Assembly: GCA_001004905.1 (NCBI GenBank)
Contig: LCRY01000002.1
Span: forward strand, 1,559-65,558
Direction: 5' to 3'
Source: Parcubacteria group bacterium GW2011_GWA1_56_13
GTDB taxonomy: Bacteria; Patescibacteriota; Minisyncoccia; Phycocordibacterales; Phycocordibacteraceae
Length of the DNA: 64,000 nt
Shown in pieces: positions 18,877-28,954 of the stretch. The notes under the pieces were generated by a model. It made no database searches. It saw only the letters and a program-made list of their open reading frames with translations, and was not told where the DNA came from. Every line of letters starts with the position of its first letter. The first letter of the stretch is position 1. The translations under genes and the position numbers were made by a program.

Positions 18877-19893
18877 GTGAAAGATATCCATACTTATTTC
18901 ATCACCGGCGTTGCCGGTTTTCTTGGAAGCCACCTCGCGGAGAGCTTGCTGAAGGACGGGCATCGCGTCATCGGTTGCGACAATCTCGTCGGCGGCTATC
19001 TCGACAACGTGCCGGCGGGAGTAGAACTGCACGCGATCGATTGCAGCGACCGCGCCAAGATGGCCGAACTCTTGCGTGGAGTTGAAGTGGTGTATCACAC
19101 TGCGGCATACGCCTACGAGGGACTTTCCGTTTTTTCACCATATCTCGTGTCTGAAAACATTTTCGGTGGAACGGTTTCGGTTGTCTCGGCTGCAATCGCG
19201 AACAAAGTGAAACGGTTCGTACAGTGTTCTTCGATGGCGCGGTATGGCACGCAGCCAATAATCCCGTTTACCGAAGATATGGACTGTCGGCCGCAGGACC
19301 CGTACGGCATCGCGAAGTATGCGGCGGAACTTACGGTGCGCAATCTCTGTGAGGTCCACGGCATGGAGTACGTTATTGCCGTGCCGCATAACATCATCGG
19401 CCCTCGTCAGAAATATGATGACCCTTTCCGCAATGTTGCGTCAATCATGATAAACCTCATGCTACAGGGGCGGCAGCCCATCATCTATGGCGACGGAGAA
19501 CAAAAACGCGGCTTTTCCTTCGTGGATGACGTGGTCGCGCCGCTGAAGCGCATGGGCACCGACGCCGCACCTGTCGGAGAAGTCATCAATATTGGTCCTG
19601 ATGACCAGTTTATCACTATCAACGAGCTTGCCGCGACTATCGCCAGACTGCTCGATTTCAAATTGGCGCCGGTCTACATGCCGGGTCGGCCCCAAGAGGT
19701 GCGATATGCGACTTGCAGTGCTGACAAAGCACGCAAGCTTCTTGATTACAAAACCACCATGTCGCTTGAGGACGGTCTCACCAGCATGATCCGGTATATC
19801 CGCACTCGCGGTCCAAAGTCGTTCCTCTATCACCTTGACCTTGAGATCGTGAACGACAAGACACCGCGGACCTGGAAGGACCGCCTCTTCTGA
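18877..19893 (+). CDS. NAD-dependent sugar-nucleotide epimerase/dehydratase
   Basis: FITGVAGFLGSHLAESL. YGIAKYAAE (YxxxK). Confidence 0.85.
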   Translation: MKDIHTYFITGVAGFLGSHLAESLLKDGHRVIGCDNLVGGYLDNVPAGVELHAIDCSDRAKMAELLRGVEVVYHTAAYAYEGLSVFSPYLVSENIFGGTVSVVSAAIANKVKRFVQCSSMARYGTQPIIPFTEDMDCRPQDPYGIAKYAAELTVRNLCEVHGMEYVIAVPHNIIGPRQKYDDPFRNVASIMINLMLQGRQPIIYGDGEQKRGFSFVDDVVAPLKRMGTDAAPVGEVINIGPDDQFITINELAATIARLLDFKLAPVYMPGRPQEVRYATCSADKARKLLDYKTTMSLEDGLTSMIRYIRTRGPKSFLYHLDLEIVNDKTPRTWKDRLF

Positions 19894-19897
19894 TGCC

Positions 19898-20623
19898 ATG
19901 TACCGTGGTAAAAAAGTAAGCATTGTTCTCCCGGTATATAACGAGCGGGAGAATATACGCACGGCGATAGAGGAATTCCTCCAGCATCCAGCCGTGGATG
20001 AAGTGGTCGCCGTGGACAACAACTCCAAAGACGGCAGTGACACCGAGATTAAACTCACCTCGGCGAAGTATGTGAAGGAAACGGTGCAGGGATACGGAGC
20101 GGCGCTGCGGCGCGGCATGCGCGAGGCAACGGGCGATCTTATCGTAACGTGCGAGCCGGACGGCACGTTCCGCGCGGCCGATCTGGACCGGTTCCTGGTC
20201 TACAGTCAAGAGTACGATACGGTATTCGGCACGCGCACGTCGCGGAATCCTGTTTGGTCCGGCGGCGGCTCTGGTGCGAACATGGATTTCTTCTTGCGTA
20301 TGGGGAACTGGGCGGTCGCGAAGTTTCTCGAATATCTCTTCAATGGTCCGTCCTTTACGGATATCGGCTGCACCTACAAACTTATTCATCGTCTCGCCTA
20401 TGAGCGGATTAAACATTCACTCACGGTCGACGGTAGCTGGTTTTCTCCGGAGTATATGATTCGCGTGCTTCAGCATCGGCTATCCGTCGTCGAGATTCCC
20501 GTACGGTACGGCGCGCGCATCGGGACTTCGAAGATAACTGGCAGACGGTCCAAGGCAATCGCGCTCGGGTTCAGGATGATTTGGCTTATCGTTGTCGAAC
20601 GATTCAGGTCATGGCTGTCGTAA
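19898..20623 (+). CDS. GT2 polyprenyl-phosphate sugar synthase (DPM1-like)
   Basis: VSIVLPVYNERENI. VDNNSKDGS. EPDGTF. Confidence 0.85.
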   Translation: MYRGKKVSIVLPVYNERENIRTAIEEFLQHPAVDEVVAVDNNSKDGSDTEIKLTSAKYVKETVQGYGAALRRGMREATGDLIVTCEPDGTFRAADLDRFLVYSQEYDTVFGTRTSRNPVWSGGGSGANMDFFLRMGNWAVAKFLEYLFNGPSFTDIGCTYKLIHRLAYERIKHSLTVDGSWFSPEYMIRVLQHRLSVVEIPVRYGARIGTSKITGRRSKAIALGFRMIWLIVVERFRSWLS

Positions 20624-20630
20624 TCAGCGC

Positions 20631-22433
20631 ATGAACAGGTCCACCCTTATGACGTACGCGGCCGCGATAAGAGATTTCCTGAGGGCCCGTCGTCCAATCG
20701 TGATGCTCATGGGGATCGTGCTCGCGCTTACCCTAGTCCCCATTCTCGACACCTACCTGATAGTCGGGGACGCATGGCGGGGCATCCTGCCCACGTTCAC
20801 CGACGAAACCATCTACCTCGCGCACGTGCAAACGGTAGGGGAGGGGTATCTGAGCGACGGCAACCCATACTTCCTCGAGCATCGCAATGACCCACCACTC
20901 GTCATCTTCGGCGGCGCGTGGCTGAACGCAGTTCCTCTTTTGGCGGGCATGCCGCTCAATGTGGCACTGATGCTTAATTTCATTTTGTGGAGTTTGCTGT
21001 TCGCCGTTTCCCTGTATTGGCTACTTCGGGAGTTCCGCATTCCATCGTGGCTCGCCGTGTTCACTACGGTACTCGTCTACTTGCAGTCATACGCCCATGT
21101 CTGGCGGCCGGCCAACCTGCAGCCAGTGTATCCCTTCTACTTTTTGTTCTATATCGCGCTTGCGCGCCTTATTCGCGAACAAAGCCGCAGAAATATCACG
21201 CTGCTCGCCCTTGCGACCGGCGCGCTCTTTTATCTTTTTGCGTATCTCTGGCAGATCGCCATTATCACGCTCGGTCTCCTTCTTTTGTATGCACTCGTCC
21301 GGAAGGACTGGCCATTAGCGAAAGCAACATTCATTTCGTCGCTTATCGGTGGCCTCATCGGACTCCCGGTGCCGCTTTACATGCTCTGGATCTCCCATGC
21401 CTCACCGTATTTTTGGGAAAGCATCAGCCGTTTCGGGCTTGTGAGTACGCACCTGCCCATGGCAGAAATCATCTACTCGGGCGGGTGGATCGGGTTGCTA
21501 CTCGTCTTCCTCGCGGTACTCTACTGGCGCTCGCGCCCGCTGCGCGGGGATGAAGAGTTCATCCTGCTCGGCTCGTTCATCGCCATAGGCGGTCTCGGCC
21601 TATGGGTCATGCAAGGGAGTAATCTTATAACCGGCAAGTTGCTTGAGACCGGTGAGCATGTTCGTATTTTGATGCTACCCTGGCTCGCCTTCTCCACGGT
21701 CATTGTCGGCATGTATGTATGGAGGCATCGCGTGCAGCTGTCGGGACCACTGCGATTACTCTCAGCCGGTATGTTCGCAGCTCTGTTGGCGGTGAATTTG
21801 TACTATACGTACTATTACTTCGCGCCTTTTTTCAAGGTAGAGGCGAATCGTGAATTCTGGCAGACCGAACAGTCATATGCCGCGCCATTCGCGTGGCTGC
21901 AACATGGTGAGAAGGCACCCGTCGTCGTGTGGAGCGATCCCAGCAATTACGCTACGCCGAGCCTGCCGGTCTTTACCAGGCATTTCACGCTTTTCACGGA
22001 GTTCAGTATGTGGCAACTGGTGTCTAATAGCGAATTTCGCGAACGGTACCTCGTCTCCCAATATTTTAACGACCCGACCGTAGAGGACTTGAAACGAGAA
22101 CTCCCAAGATACATGGGGCGTCAGGATGCCTTCCATAACGCCAAGACCATCGAGCGCGGGATAAAAATCTGCCGAATATTCTTTTTCTGGGACGCAGATA
22201 AAGACTGTGGCACGCCGCCGACCTCCATTGGTCTATTGGGAGAGGAATTCTTTACGAATATGGAGCGGAGATTTCGGACCGATATCAAGCCGAACATTAA
22301 AACGTATCTGGAGAAATATCACGTCTCTTACATACTGAAGGATGTTGCCCGCGACGCACAGTATCATCCCGAAGCGTTGGGCGCGGTGCGTGTGTACGCC
22401 GACGGCCATTTCGAGATTTATCGCCTGCCATGA
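20631..22433 (+). CDS. Polytopic membrane protein, candidate GT-C glycosyltransferase with C-terminal soluble domain
   Basis: Start moved to ATG 20631 (MNRSTLMTY). More than 10 predicted TM helices. DE motif in first loop: TFTDETIYLAHV. ~200-aa non-membrane C-terminus. Confidence 0.4.
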   Translation: MNRSTLMTYAAAIRDFLRARRPIVMLMGIVLALTLVPILDTYLIVGDAWRGILPTFTDETIYLAHVQTVGEGYLSDGNPYFLEHRNDPPLVIFGGAWLNAVPLLAGMPLNVALMLNFILWSLLFAVSLYWLLREFRIPSWLAVFTTVLVYLQSYAHVWRPANLQPVYPFYFLFYIALARLIREQSRRNITLLALATGALFYLFAYLWQIAIITLGLLLLYALVRKDWPLAKATFISSLIGGLIGLPVPLYMLWISHASPYFWESISRFGLVSTHLPMAEIIYSGGWIGLLLVFLAVLYWRSRPLRGDEEFILLGSFIAIGGLGLWVMQGSNLITGKLLETGEHVRILMLPWLAFSTVIVGMYVWRHRVQLSGPLRLLSAGMFAALLAVNLYYTYYYFAPFFKVEANREFWQTEQSYAAPFAWLQHGEKAPVVVWSDPSNYATPSLPVFTRHFTLFTEFSMWQLVSNSEFRERYLVSQYFNDPTVEDLKRELPRYMGRQDAFHNAKTIERGIKICRIFFFWDADKDCGTPPTSIGLLGEEFFTNMERRFRTDIKPNIKTYLEKYHVSYILKDVARDAQYHPEALGAVRVYADGHFEIYRLP

Positions 22434-23590
22434 TAAAGAAGATGTACTACATTGCGAATGCACGCATGCCGAACGAGAAAGCGCACGGCATTCAGATCGC
22501 AAAGATGTGCGAAGCGTTTGCAGAAGCTGGCGAGAATGTAGTCCTTGTCGTGCCTGGGAGAGGATCTCCGTCGGCGGACCTGCGCTCTTTTTACCAGCTT
22601 CGCGTCGATATTTCCCTGGTGCGCCTTCAGGTTCCGGATCTGTATACGTGCGGGAGGACGGGTTTCCTGGTGAGCTCCGTGCTCTTTATGATGCGGTGCG
22701 TTTTTTTCCTGTTCGAAAAACGCATTCGCGGCGAGCGGTTTCTCATATATACGATCGATATGGATACATTCTCAACGATGGTCCTGCCACTTTTGGGGAT
22801 GTGCGTCACCGAAATACACGCGCCAAAGAAGGCAACGGCGGTCCAGCGTTTCTTCTTTAAGCATGTGCGGGGAGTCGTCGCAACAAATGCGCTGACCAAG
22901 GCATCGCTCGCGAAGACATTCTCATTCCCGCTACCTCGCATGATCGTAGAACCGAACGGGGTGGACGCTCAGATGTTCGCATCTTTCATGCCCAAGGACG
23001 AAGCGCGTCGGCGTCTTTCATTGCCGCCGGCGGAGAAGATCGCACTGTACGTGGGGCGATTGTATCCTTGGAAAGGTCTTGAAATCCTTCCCGTTGTCTG
23101 CGAGAAACTCGTTAAGAACGGAATATCCTGTTACGTGGTCGGAGGCACGGCCGAAGAGCTCGAACGTCTTTCAGGAAACGACCTCCCGCCGAACCTACAC
23201 TGCGTGGGAGCCAAGGCAGCGCGCGACATACCGGCGTGGATTGCCGCTTCCGATGTGGCATTGGTATTGGGTACAGCGCATAATGAGGAATCATACCGCT
23301 TCACATCTCCGATGAAATTATTCGAATACATGGCATCTCGAATCCCGATGGTGGCAAGCGGGACCCCTGCGCTCAAGGACGTGCTTACGGACCGGGATGC
23401 GTTGTTTTACGAACCGGACAATCCCGCCTCACTCGCCCAGAGGATTACCGAGGCGGTAACTCACTCAAAAGAAAACGCCGTTCGCGTGAATCGCGCCTAT
23501 GAGAAAGCGCAGGAACACACCTGGGGCGAGCGCGCGCAGCGTATCCTCGCTTTCTGCGCTTTCGTGGCAGGGCGTGCAAAAACCGTATGA
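22430..23590 (+). CDS. Glycosyltransferase family 4
   Basis: N-terminal ARMPNEKAHGIQI. PMKLFEYMASRIPMVASG. Confidence 0.75.
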   Translation: MIKKMYYIANARMPNEKAHGIQIAKMCEAFAEAGENVVLVVPGRGSPSADLRSFYQLRVDISLVRLQVPDLYTCGRTGFLVSSVLFMMRCVFFLFEKRIRGERFLIYTIDMDTFSTMVLPLLGMCVTEIHAPKKATAVQRFFFKHVRGVVATNALTKASLAKTFSFPLPRMIVEPNGVDAQMFASFMPKDEARRRLSLPPAEKIALYVGRLYPWKGLEILPVVCEKLVKNGISCYVVGGTAEELERLSGNDLPPNLHCVGAKAARDIPAWIAASDVALVLGTAHNEESYRFTSPMKLFEYMASRIPMVASGTPALKDVLTDRDALFYEPDNPASLAQRITEAVTHSKENAVRVNRAYEKAQEHTWGERAQRILAFCAFVAGRAKTV

Positions 23591-24663
23591 CGATAGGCAT
23601 TGTCACCGGCTTCTCCGCAGCGCACGCCGCCGGTCTTGAAGAGTTTTTCCTCAGCCTCCTTGCCGGCCTGGATAAGATACGGGCATCCGGAATCGAATGC
23701 CGCATCTATACGAAAGCAGGAAACGGCCTTCGGGAAGAACTGCATAGACGCGGTCTCGCTCATTTTCCGACCATCGCAGTGCCACTCGGCCCGTTATGGA
23801 AATCGGTTGGTTTACTCCTTGTCCCTCGGTCGGACGTATATCTCTGGAACGGGCCGCTCATGCCGCTATGGATTTCTCGCAGGTCTGCGATTTTGGTATA
23901 CGATTTTGCCTATAGGCACTTCGGGTCCCCGTCAATGTGGACATGGTTCCTGGACTTTTTCTCACGACTGTCATTTCGCATGGCGCGGAAAATCATAACC
24001 ATTTCGCACGCGACGCGGCAGGACCTGATTCAGCAATACGGTGTTCCGGCCGGGAAGATAGAAGTCATTTATCCTGGACGGAAAGAATTCTCACTGATCG
24101 CCGAGAAACCGATCGATGTGCCGCCGCGTGGGTATTTCTTGTTTGTCGGCACGACAAAGGAACGTAAAAACGTCCTGAATCTGATACGGGGGTTCGCGAA
24201 TATCTCCGCCAGAGTGCCGCAAGACCTCGTTGTGGCGGGACGGTGCGACTTCTCTTCGCTGTACGGGAGGAATGTTGCCGCCTTCGTGGCCGAAAAGAAT
24301 TTAAAGAACCGCATCCATTTTCTAGGTCCCATAAGCGACGAAGTGCTCGCATTCCTGTATCGAAACGCCATAGCGTTCGCGTTTCCTTCCGCGTTCGAAG
24401 GATTCGGCATGCCGGTCGTGGAAGCGATGAGTGAAGGCACGCCGGTCTTGACATCGAACGTGAGTTCGCTTCCGGAAGCAGCCGGAGATGCCGCACTGCT
24501 GGTGGACCCGTTCGACCCGCAAGCCATCGGAAATGCTCTCCTCCGGCTCGCGCGTGACCCCGGCCTTCGGCAAGCGATGATCGAGGGAGGAAGGAAACAT
24601 GCCGCCAGATTTTCCTGGGAAACGAGCGCGAAACGATTCCTTGATGTATTATCGGCCCTATGA
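23587..24663 (+). CDS. Glycosyltransferase family 4
   Basis: FEGFGMPVVEAMSEGTPVLTSNVSSLPE. Confidence 0.8.
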   Translation: MTIGIVTGFSAAHAAGLEEFFLSLLAGLDKIRASGIECRIYTKAGNGLREELHRRGLAHFPTIAVPLGPLWKSVGLLLVPRSDVYLWNGPLMPLWISRRSAILVYDFAYRHFGSPSMWTWFLDFFSRLSFRMARKIITISHATRQDLIQQYGVPAGKIEVIYPGRKEFSLIAEKPIDVPPRGYFLFVGTTKERKNVLNLIRGFANISARVPQDLVVAGRCDFSSLYGRNVAAFVAEKNLKNRIHFLGPISDEVLAFLYRNAIAFAFPSAFEGFGMPVVEAMSEGTPVLTSNVSSLPEAAGDAALLVDPFDPQAIGNALLRLARDPGLRQAMIEGGRKHAARFSWETSAKRFLDVLSAL

Positions 24664-25688
24664 AGAAACGGCGCGCCCTCATAACCGGCATTACGGGCCA
24701 GGACGGATCCTACTTGGCAGAGCTGCTGCTTGAGAAAGGGTACGACGTGCACGGCCTTATCCGGCGCTCGAGCCGCGACCCTCTCGTCCGCCTTTCATCC
24801 CTCAAGGATCAAGTGGTGTTCCATTACGGCGATCTGCGCGATCTCGCGGCGCTCGAACGCGCCATCGCGCAGTCGGACCCGCACGAGATCTACAACCTCG
24901 CGGCGCAATCCGACGTCGGCATCTCTTTTAAGGTGCCGGAAGAAACATATGAAATCAACTATGCGGGCGTCGGCCGCCTGGTCGACGCCGCGATGCGGCA
25001 CAATCCGGACGTGAGGATTTACCAGGCATCAACATCGGAAATGTTCGGTGCGACTCCGCCGCCCCAGCACGACGAATCCCCCATGTTGCCCGTCTCGCCG
25101 TACGGCATAGCAAAACACAAGGCGCATGAGGATTATGTAAAAGGGTATCGCGAGCGACACGGCCTTTTCATCTGCTCGGGCATTCTTTTCAACCACGAAA
25201 GCCCGCGCCGCGGCGAGCATTTCGTCACGCGGAAGATTACCATCTCCTTGGCGAAAATACAGGCAGGTCAGCAGGAACGATTGATGCTCGGCAATCTGAA
25301 CGCGAAACGGGACTGGGGGTACGCGCCCGATTATGTGCATGCCATGTGGCTCATGCTGCAGCAGGATCGCCCGCAGGATTTCGTCATAGCGACCGGAAAA
25401 CAGCGATCGGTGCGCGAATTTCTGGCGCTTGCCGCTGCGGCGATCGGCATGCCGCTCACATTCGAAGGTTCGGGAGAAAAGGAGGTCGGCCGCGACGCGT
25501 CGGGGACCGTCCGGGTCGCGGTCGATCCGCGGCACTATCGTCCATCGGAGGTGCATTCATTGCTCGGTAACGCGAAAAAGGCGATGCGGGTTCTCAAATG
25601 GAAACCGAAGGTTTCGTTTGCCGAACTCGTCCGCATCATGGCTGAAGCCGACCTGAAGGCCGTGCGCGATGGGCTCAAGGTCTCGTAA
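24660..25688 (+). CDS. gmd: GDP-mannose 4,6-dehydratase
   Basis: LITGITGQDGSYLAELLLEKGYDVHGLIRRSS. YGIAKHKAHE. FNHESPRRG are Gmd signatures. Confidence 0.9.
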   Translation: MKKRRALITGITGQDGSYLAELLLEKGYDVHGLIRRSSRDPLVRLSSLKDQVVFHYGDLRDLAALERAIAQSDPHEIYNLAAQSDVGISFKVPEETYEINYAGVGRLVDAAMRHNPDVRIYQASTSEMFGATPPPQHDESPMLPVSPYGIAKHKAHEDYVKGYRERHGLFICSGILFNHESPRRGEHFVTRKITISLAKIQAGQQERLMLGNLNAKRDWGYAPDYVHAMWLMLQQDRPQDFVIATGKQRSVREFLALAAAAIGMPLTFEGSGEKEVGRDASGTVRVAVDPRHYRPSEVHSLLGNAKKAMRVLKWKPKVSFAELVRIMAEADLKAVRDGLKVS

Positions 25689-25722
25689 CCATTCGACGCG
25701 CGCACAGCGTTATAAAAAATAC

Positions 25723-27591
25723 ATGAGCAAAGAACAGGACGCTCTGCTCGTCTTGTATGAGCAATCTCATGCGGACCTAGCGACGTCGGGAACGCGCGTC
25801 GCGTGCCTCAACTTCTGGCTTGAACAAGAACTCAAGTCACGCGGCATCGCCTGCCTCTCGCTGGGTGACTGTCCATCAGATGGCGTACGTACGGCGGAAC
25901 TGGTGAATGCAACACGGGCCGCCGCACGAGAATGGTACCGACTGCCTGCGATGAATTTTTTTATGCACAAAGGGATACCTATTGGCGAGGCATTCGAGCC
26001 AATGGTCGATACGTATCTTGGACGTCTTGCGTACTGGCGTTACTCCTCAACGAGGATACTCGATGCTGTACCTGAGACCACAGAGCTCATCATCCCGCAT
26101 AGTACTGTGGAAATATCGGCGACGGCAGGCCCGCTCGCTCATTTTGAAGTGCGGGCCGCAGTGGATGCGGCGCGCTCGCTCGCGACGGAACGCGGTCTCG
26201 CATTCCGTACGCTCGGGGATGCATCCCGACCTCCGGCGCGGCATGTGTATCCGCGCTCGCGCCTCCAAGAGACAATCGTCGCGTTCTACAACTTTTGTAT
26301 CGGTTTCGCACCTCGTCGGCCGCTGAAAATCTTCGCGAGCGAGTATTGGCGCAACATAGCTCCGTTCATCACGCGGATGGATGACGCGGAGCTTGTGCTC
26401 ATGGAACGCGGCGAGTTCAAAAACATTCCCTGGCGGCAATTGTGGGGGCATCGGATACGCTTCATGCATCCGCGCGCCGTTGCGCGCGGCACGTGCCGCG
26501 CCGCGGCTCGTAGCGCCACAGAGGGATTTCGCGCTGCGTGGCCGGCCGCGCGGCTGGCACTTAAAGATTGGGAGGGATGGAAGCGTGCCGATATCCCATG
26601 GGCGGTCGTGGAACCGGCCCTGGAGTATCTCGTCGGGACGTACGCCGAGCGCATCGTTGCAGATATGGAAGGGCTCGAACGAATCGTGGTGCGTGAGAGG
26701 CCCGATAAGGTGCTATTGCGTGCTTCAGTTGGCGGTCGGCAGCCGCATTTCTTTCTTGCCGCGAGGGTCGCTCGGCGACTCGGTATCCCCTCGATAGAAC
26801 TCCAACACGCGGGTGCGTACGTGGACCCGCGTTCGGTGCTCTCGCGGCTTGAGACGGACTACCTCGCCGCGTACGGCTCGCATGAGCGCGAATTTTATGA
26901 GCAGAATGGCTATGCGCCGGAGCGCATCATCCTCGTCGGGTCTCCGCGCTTCGACCGTTGTATTGCCGAGCGTTTGCAGGCACAGGCGCACGGCACACGT
27001 CTGCTACAAGAAGCCGGACTTGACCCCGCGCGGCCAGTGCTCCTGGCGGCGGTGCCCGACGAGGGGGTCGGCTTCGGCATCGACTCGTTCATGCTCGCCG
27101 ACTTTTTCCGCGCCGTAGCGAGCATACCGGCCCGCACGCCGGGATTGCAGGTCGTCTTCAAGTTCCGTCCCGGCAATCGAGAGCAGGCGTCACGTGACTT
27201 TGCGCGCAGTCTTGTTCCTGATGCCGTGTGCATGGCAACCGAAGATCTCTTTTCTCTCATCTGCGCATCGGATATAGCGATATGTGGCAACTCTACCGTC
27301 ATCTATGAGGTGCTCATCGCCGGTAAACCGCTTTTGCTCCACCCTTGGCGCAAGGACGACACGTATCATGCGCGGATGTACGCCCCTGCGGCCCCGATCC
27401 TATACGCCGCCGCGGAACTCGCAGAAGCAGTCGCGCGAGCGCTCTCCGACGACGCATATCGGCGAGAACTCATTGCCCGTGGCCGGGATTTTCTACAGGG
27501 GTATTCTTTTGACGGAAAATCGGCGCAGCGTATGGCGTCGCTATTGCATAACAATTTAGCCTGCGTACCCTCTGGTATAGTCGCTCTATGA
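25723..27591 (+). CDS. Large hypothetical polysaccharide-biosynthesis protein with C-terminal GT-B-like (TagB/TagF- or KpsC/S-like) region
   Basis: Start moved to ATG 25723 (MSKEQDALL), directly after TTATAAAAAAT. C-terminus ICGNSTVIYEVLIAGKPLLLH resembles glycerophosphotransferase/capsule-synthesis GT-B enzymes. Function uncertain. Confidence 0.3.
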   Translation: MSKEQDALLVLYEQSHADLATSGTRVACLNFWLEQELKSRGIACLSLGDCPSDGVRTAELVNATRAAAREWYRLPAMNFFMHKGIPIGEAFEPMVDTYLGRLAYWRYSSTRILDAVPETTELIIPHSTVEISATAGPLAHFEVRAAVDAARSLATERGLAFRTLGDASRPPARHVYPRSRLQETIVAFYNFCIGFAPRRPLKIFASEYWRNIAPFITRMDDAELVLMERGEFKNIPWRQLWGHRIRFMHPRAVARGTCRAAARSATEGFRAAWPAARLALKDWEGWKRADIPWAVVEPALEYLVGTYAERIVADMEGLERIVVRERPDKVLLRASVGGRQPHFFLAARVARRLGIPSIELQHAGAYVDPRSVLSRLETDYLAAYGSHEREFYEQNGYAPERIILVGSPRFDRCIAERLQAQAHGTRLLQEAGLDPARPVLLAAVPDEGVGFGIDSFMLADFFRAVASIPARTPGLQVVFKFRPGNREQASRDFARSLVPDAVCMATEDLFSLICASDIAICGNSTVIYEVLIAGKPLLLHPWRKDDTYHARMYAPAAPILYAAAELAEAVARALSDDAYRRELIARGRDFLQGYSFDGKSAQRMASLLHNNLACVPSGIVAL

Positions 27592-28238
27592 GAACATTAC
27601 TAAAACGACTCGCGCACGGGACGGTCAGAATACTTGAACACATTCAAGTGTTCTATATTCCGAGCGAGCTTCCCTTGAAGACGAAGTTGTCATTTCTTTT
27701 CGGACGGTACGAAATTGAAACGTCAAAATATATCCGGAAGAATGTCCGCGGGGGTGTGGCATTTGATATCGGTGCGCATATAGGGTATTACAGTCGCCTC
27801 CTTGCTCCACTCGTTGATACGGTATATGCGTTTGAACCTGAACCGCGCAATTTCGCCCTTCTTGTTAAGAATACTAAGAAGTACCGAAACATTGTGCCAG
27901 TTAATGCGGCGGTTTCTGATATAGTTGGCCGGCAGGATTTTTTCATTGTGAAAAATTCAACGTTTAGACATTCTTTGATAAATGAAGGAGATTGCGAGAG
28001 TGTGACTGTGGACACGACAACGCTTGATGCTTTTGTGAACAAAAAAGGAATAAGAAATGTTTCGTTCGCAAAAATAGACGTCGAGGGGCATGAAAAGGAC
28101 GTACTAGTTGGAATGAAAGAGGTCATAAAGAACTGTCATCCGCTTGTCATTGCTGAAATGCCGATGAATGATACCTATACTCCTGTGTCCGCAGTAATCG
28201 GACGGCAAGGCATACTGAGGAATTATATTATTGTATGA
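27588..28238 (+). CDS. FkbM-family methyltransferase
   Basis: FDIGAHIGYYSRLLAP. FAKIDVEGHEKDVL. Confidence 0.8.
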   Translation: MRTLLKRLAHGTVRILEHIQVFYIPSELPLKTKLSFLFGRYEIETSKYIRKNVRGGVAFDIGAHIGYYSRLLAPLVDTVYAFEPEPRNFALLVKNTKKYRNIVPVNAAVSDIVGRQDFFIVKNSTFRHSLINEGDCESVTVDTTTLDAFVNKKGIRNVSFAKIDVEGHEKDVLVGMKEVIKNCHPLVIAEMPMNDTYTPVSAVIGRQGILRNYIIV

Positions 28239-28954
28239 AGGACCCTTTTGAAGCTTTCGGTGCACTCGCCCGTTCGGACGCCTCGGTTACGCTTAAGGCG
28301 GGCCGTCGCAACATGCAAGCCGAAGCCGAAAGTTTCATACCTGAAGACATTGTTCAAAAGCTCTCGCTTACATCAGGCCAGTCATTGCTTGAAATCGGCT
28401 GCGGCCCCGCTACGATACTGAAAGAGCTTGCGCCGTATGTCTTTCGGACTGTCGGTATCGACCATACAGACGTGATTGCGGTTGCGAAAGAACAATGCAA
28501 AAGCACCGGCATAGTATTTATCGCCGGCGCGTTTCCAGAAACTCGTTTGAACGAGACTTTTGACCGGATTCTTATGTACTCCGTGATTCAGTATCAAGCA
28601 AATCTAGCTGGAGCTTTTCGTTTTGTTGATGCGGCGCTCGCATTGCTAAATCCAATGGGAAAGCTCTTGATTGGGGATATTCCAAACGCTGACAGGACCC
28701 GCCGCTTTAGGGAAAGCGAGGAAGGAAAGAAATTTGAAATGGAATGGGCCGCGCGAAAAGGAATAGAGCTTGCGACCTACGAAGACCCATTCACGCTCTT
28801 TGCAGATGCCGTTACGCTCGGATTCGACGATGCGCGAATAGACGAGTTTATCTCGCATTATCGCAAACGCGGTTACCAAGTATCGACTCTCCCGCAATCA
28901 CACAAGCTTCCTTACGGATATACCCGAGAGGATATGCTCATCCAATCACTATGA
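28235..28954 (+). CDS. Class I SAM methyltransferase-like protein
   Basis: LLEIGCGPATILKELAP motif I. Acidic residue after beta-2 (VGIDHTD). Confidence 0.55.
   Translation: MKDPFEAFGALARSDASVTLKAGRRNMQAEAESFIPEDIVQKLSLTSGQSLLEIGCGPATILKELAPYVFRTVGIDHTDVIAVAKEQCKSTGIVFIAGAFPETRLNETFDRILMYSVIQYQANLAGAFRFVDAALALLNPMGKLLIGDIPNADRTRRFRESEEGKKFEMEWAARKGIELATYEDPFTLFADAVTLGFDDARIDEFISHYRKRGYQVSTLPQSHKLPYGYTREDMLIQSL

Noticed and set aside
19462-20416. Two minus ORFs (234 and 212 aa)
   Set aside because: Antisense to the epimerase and GT2 genes.
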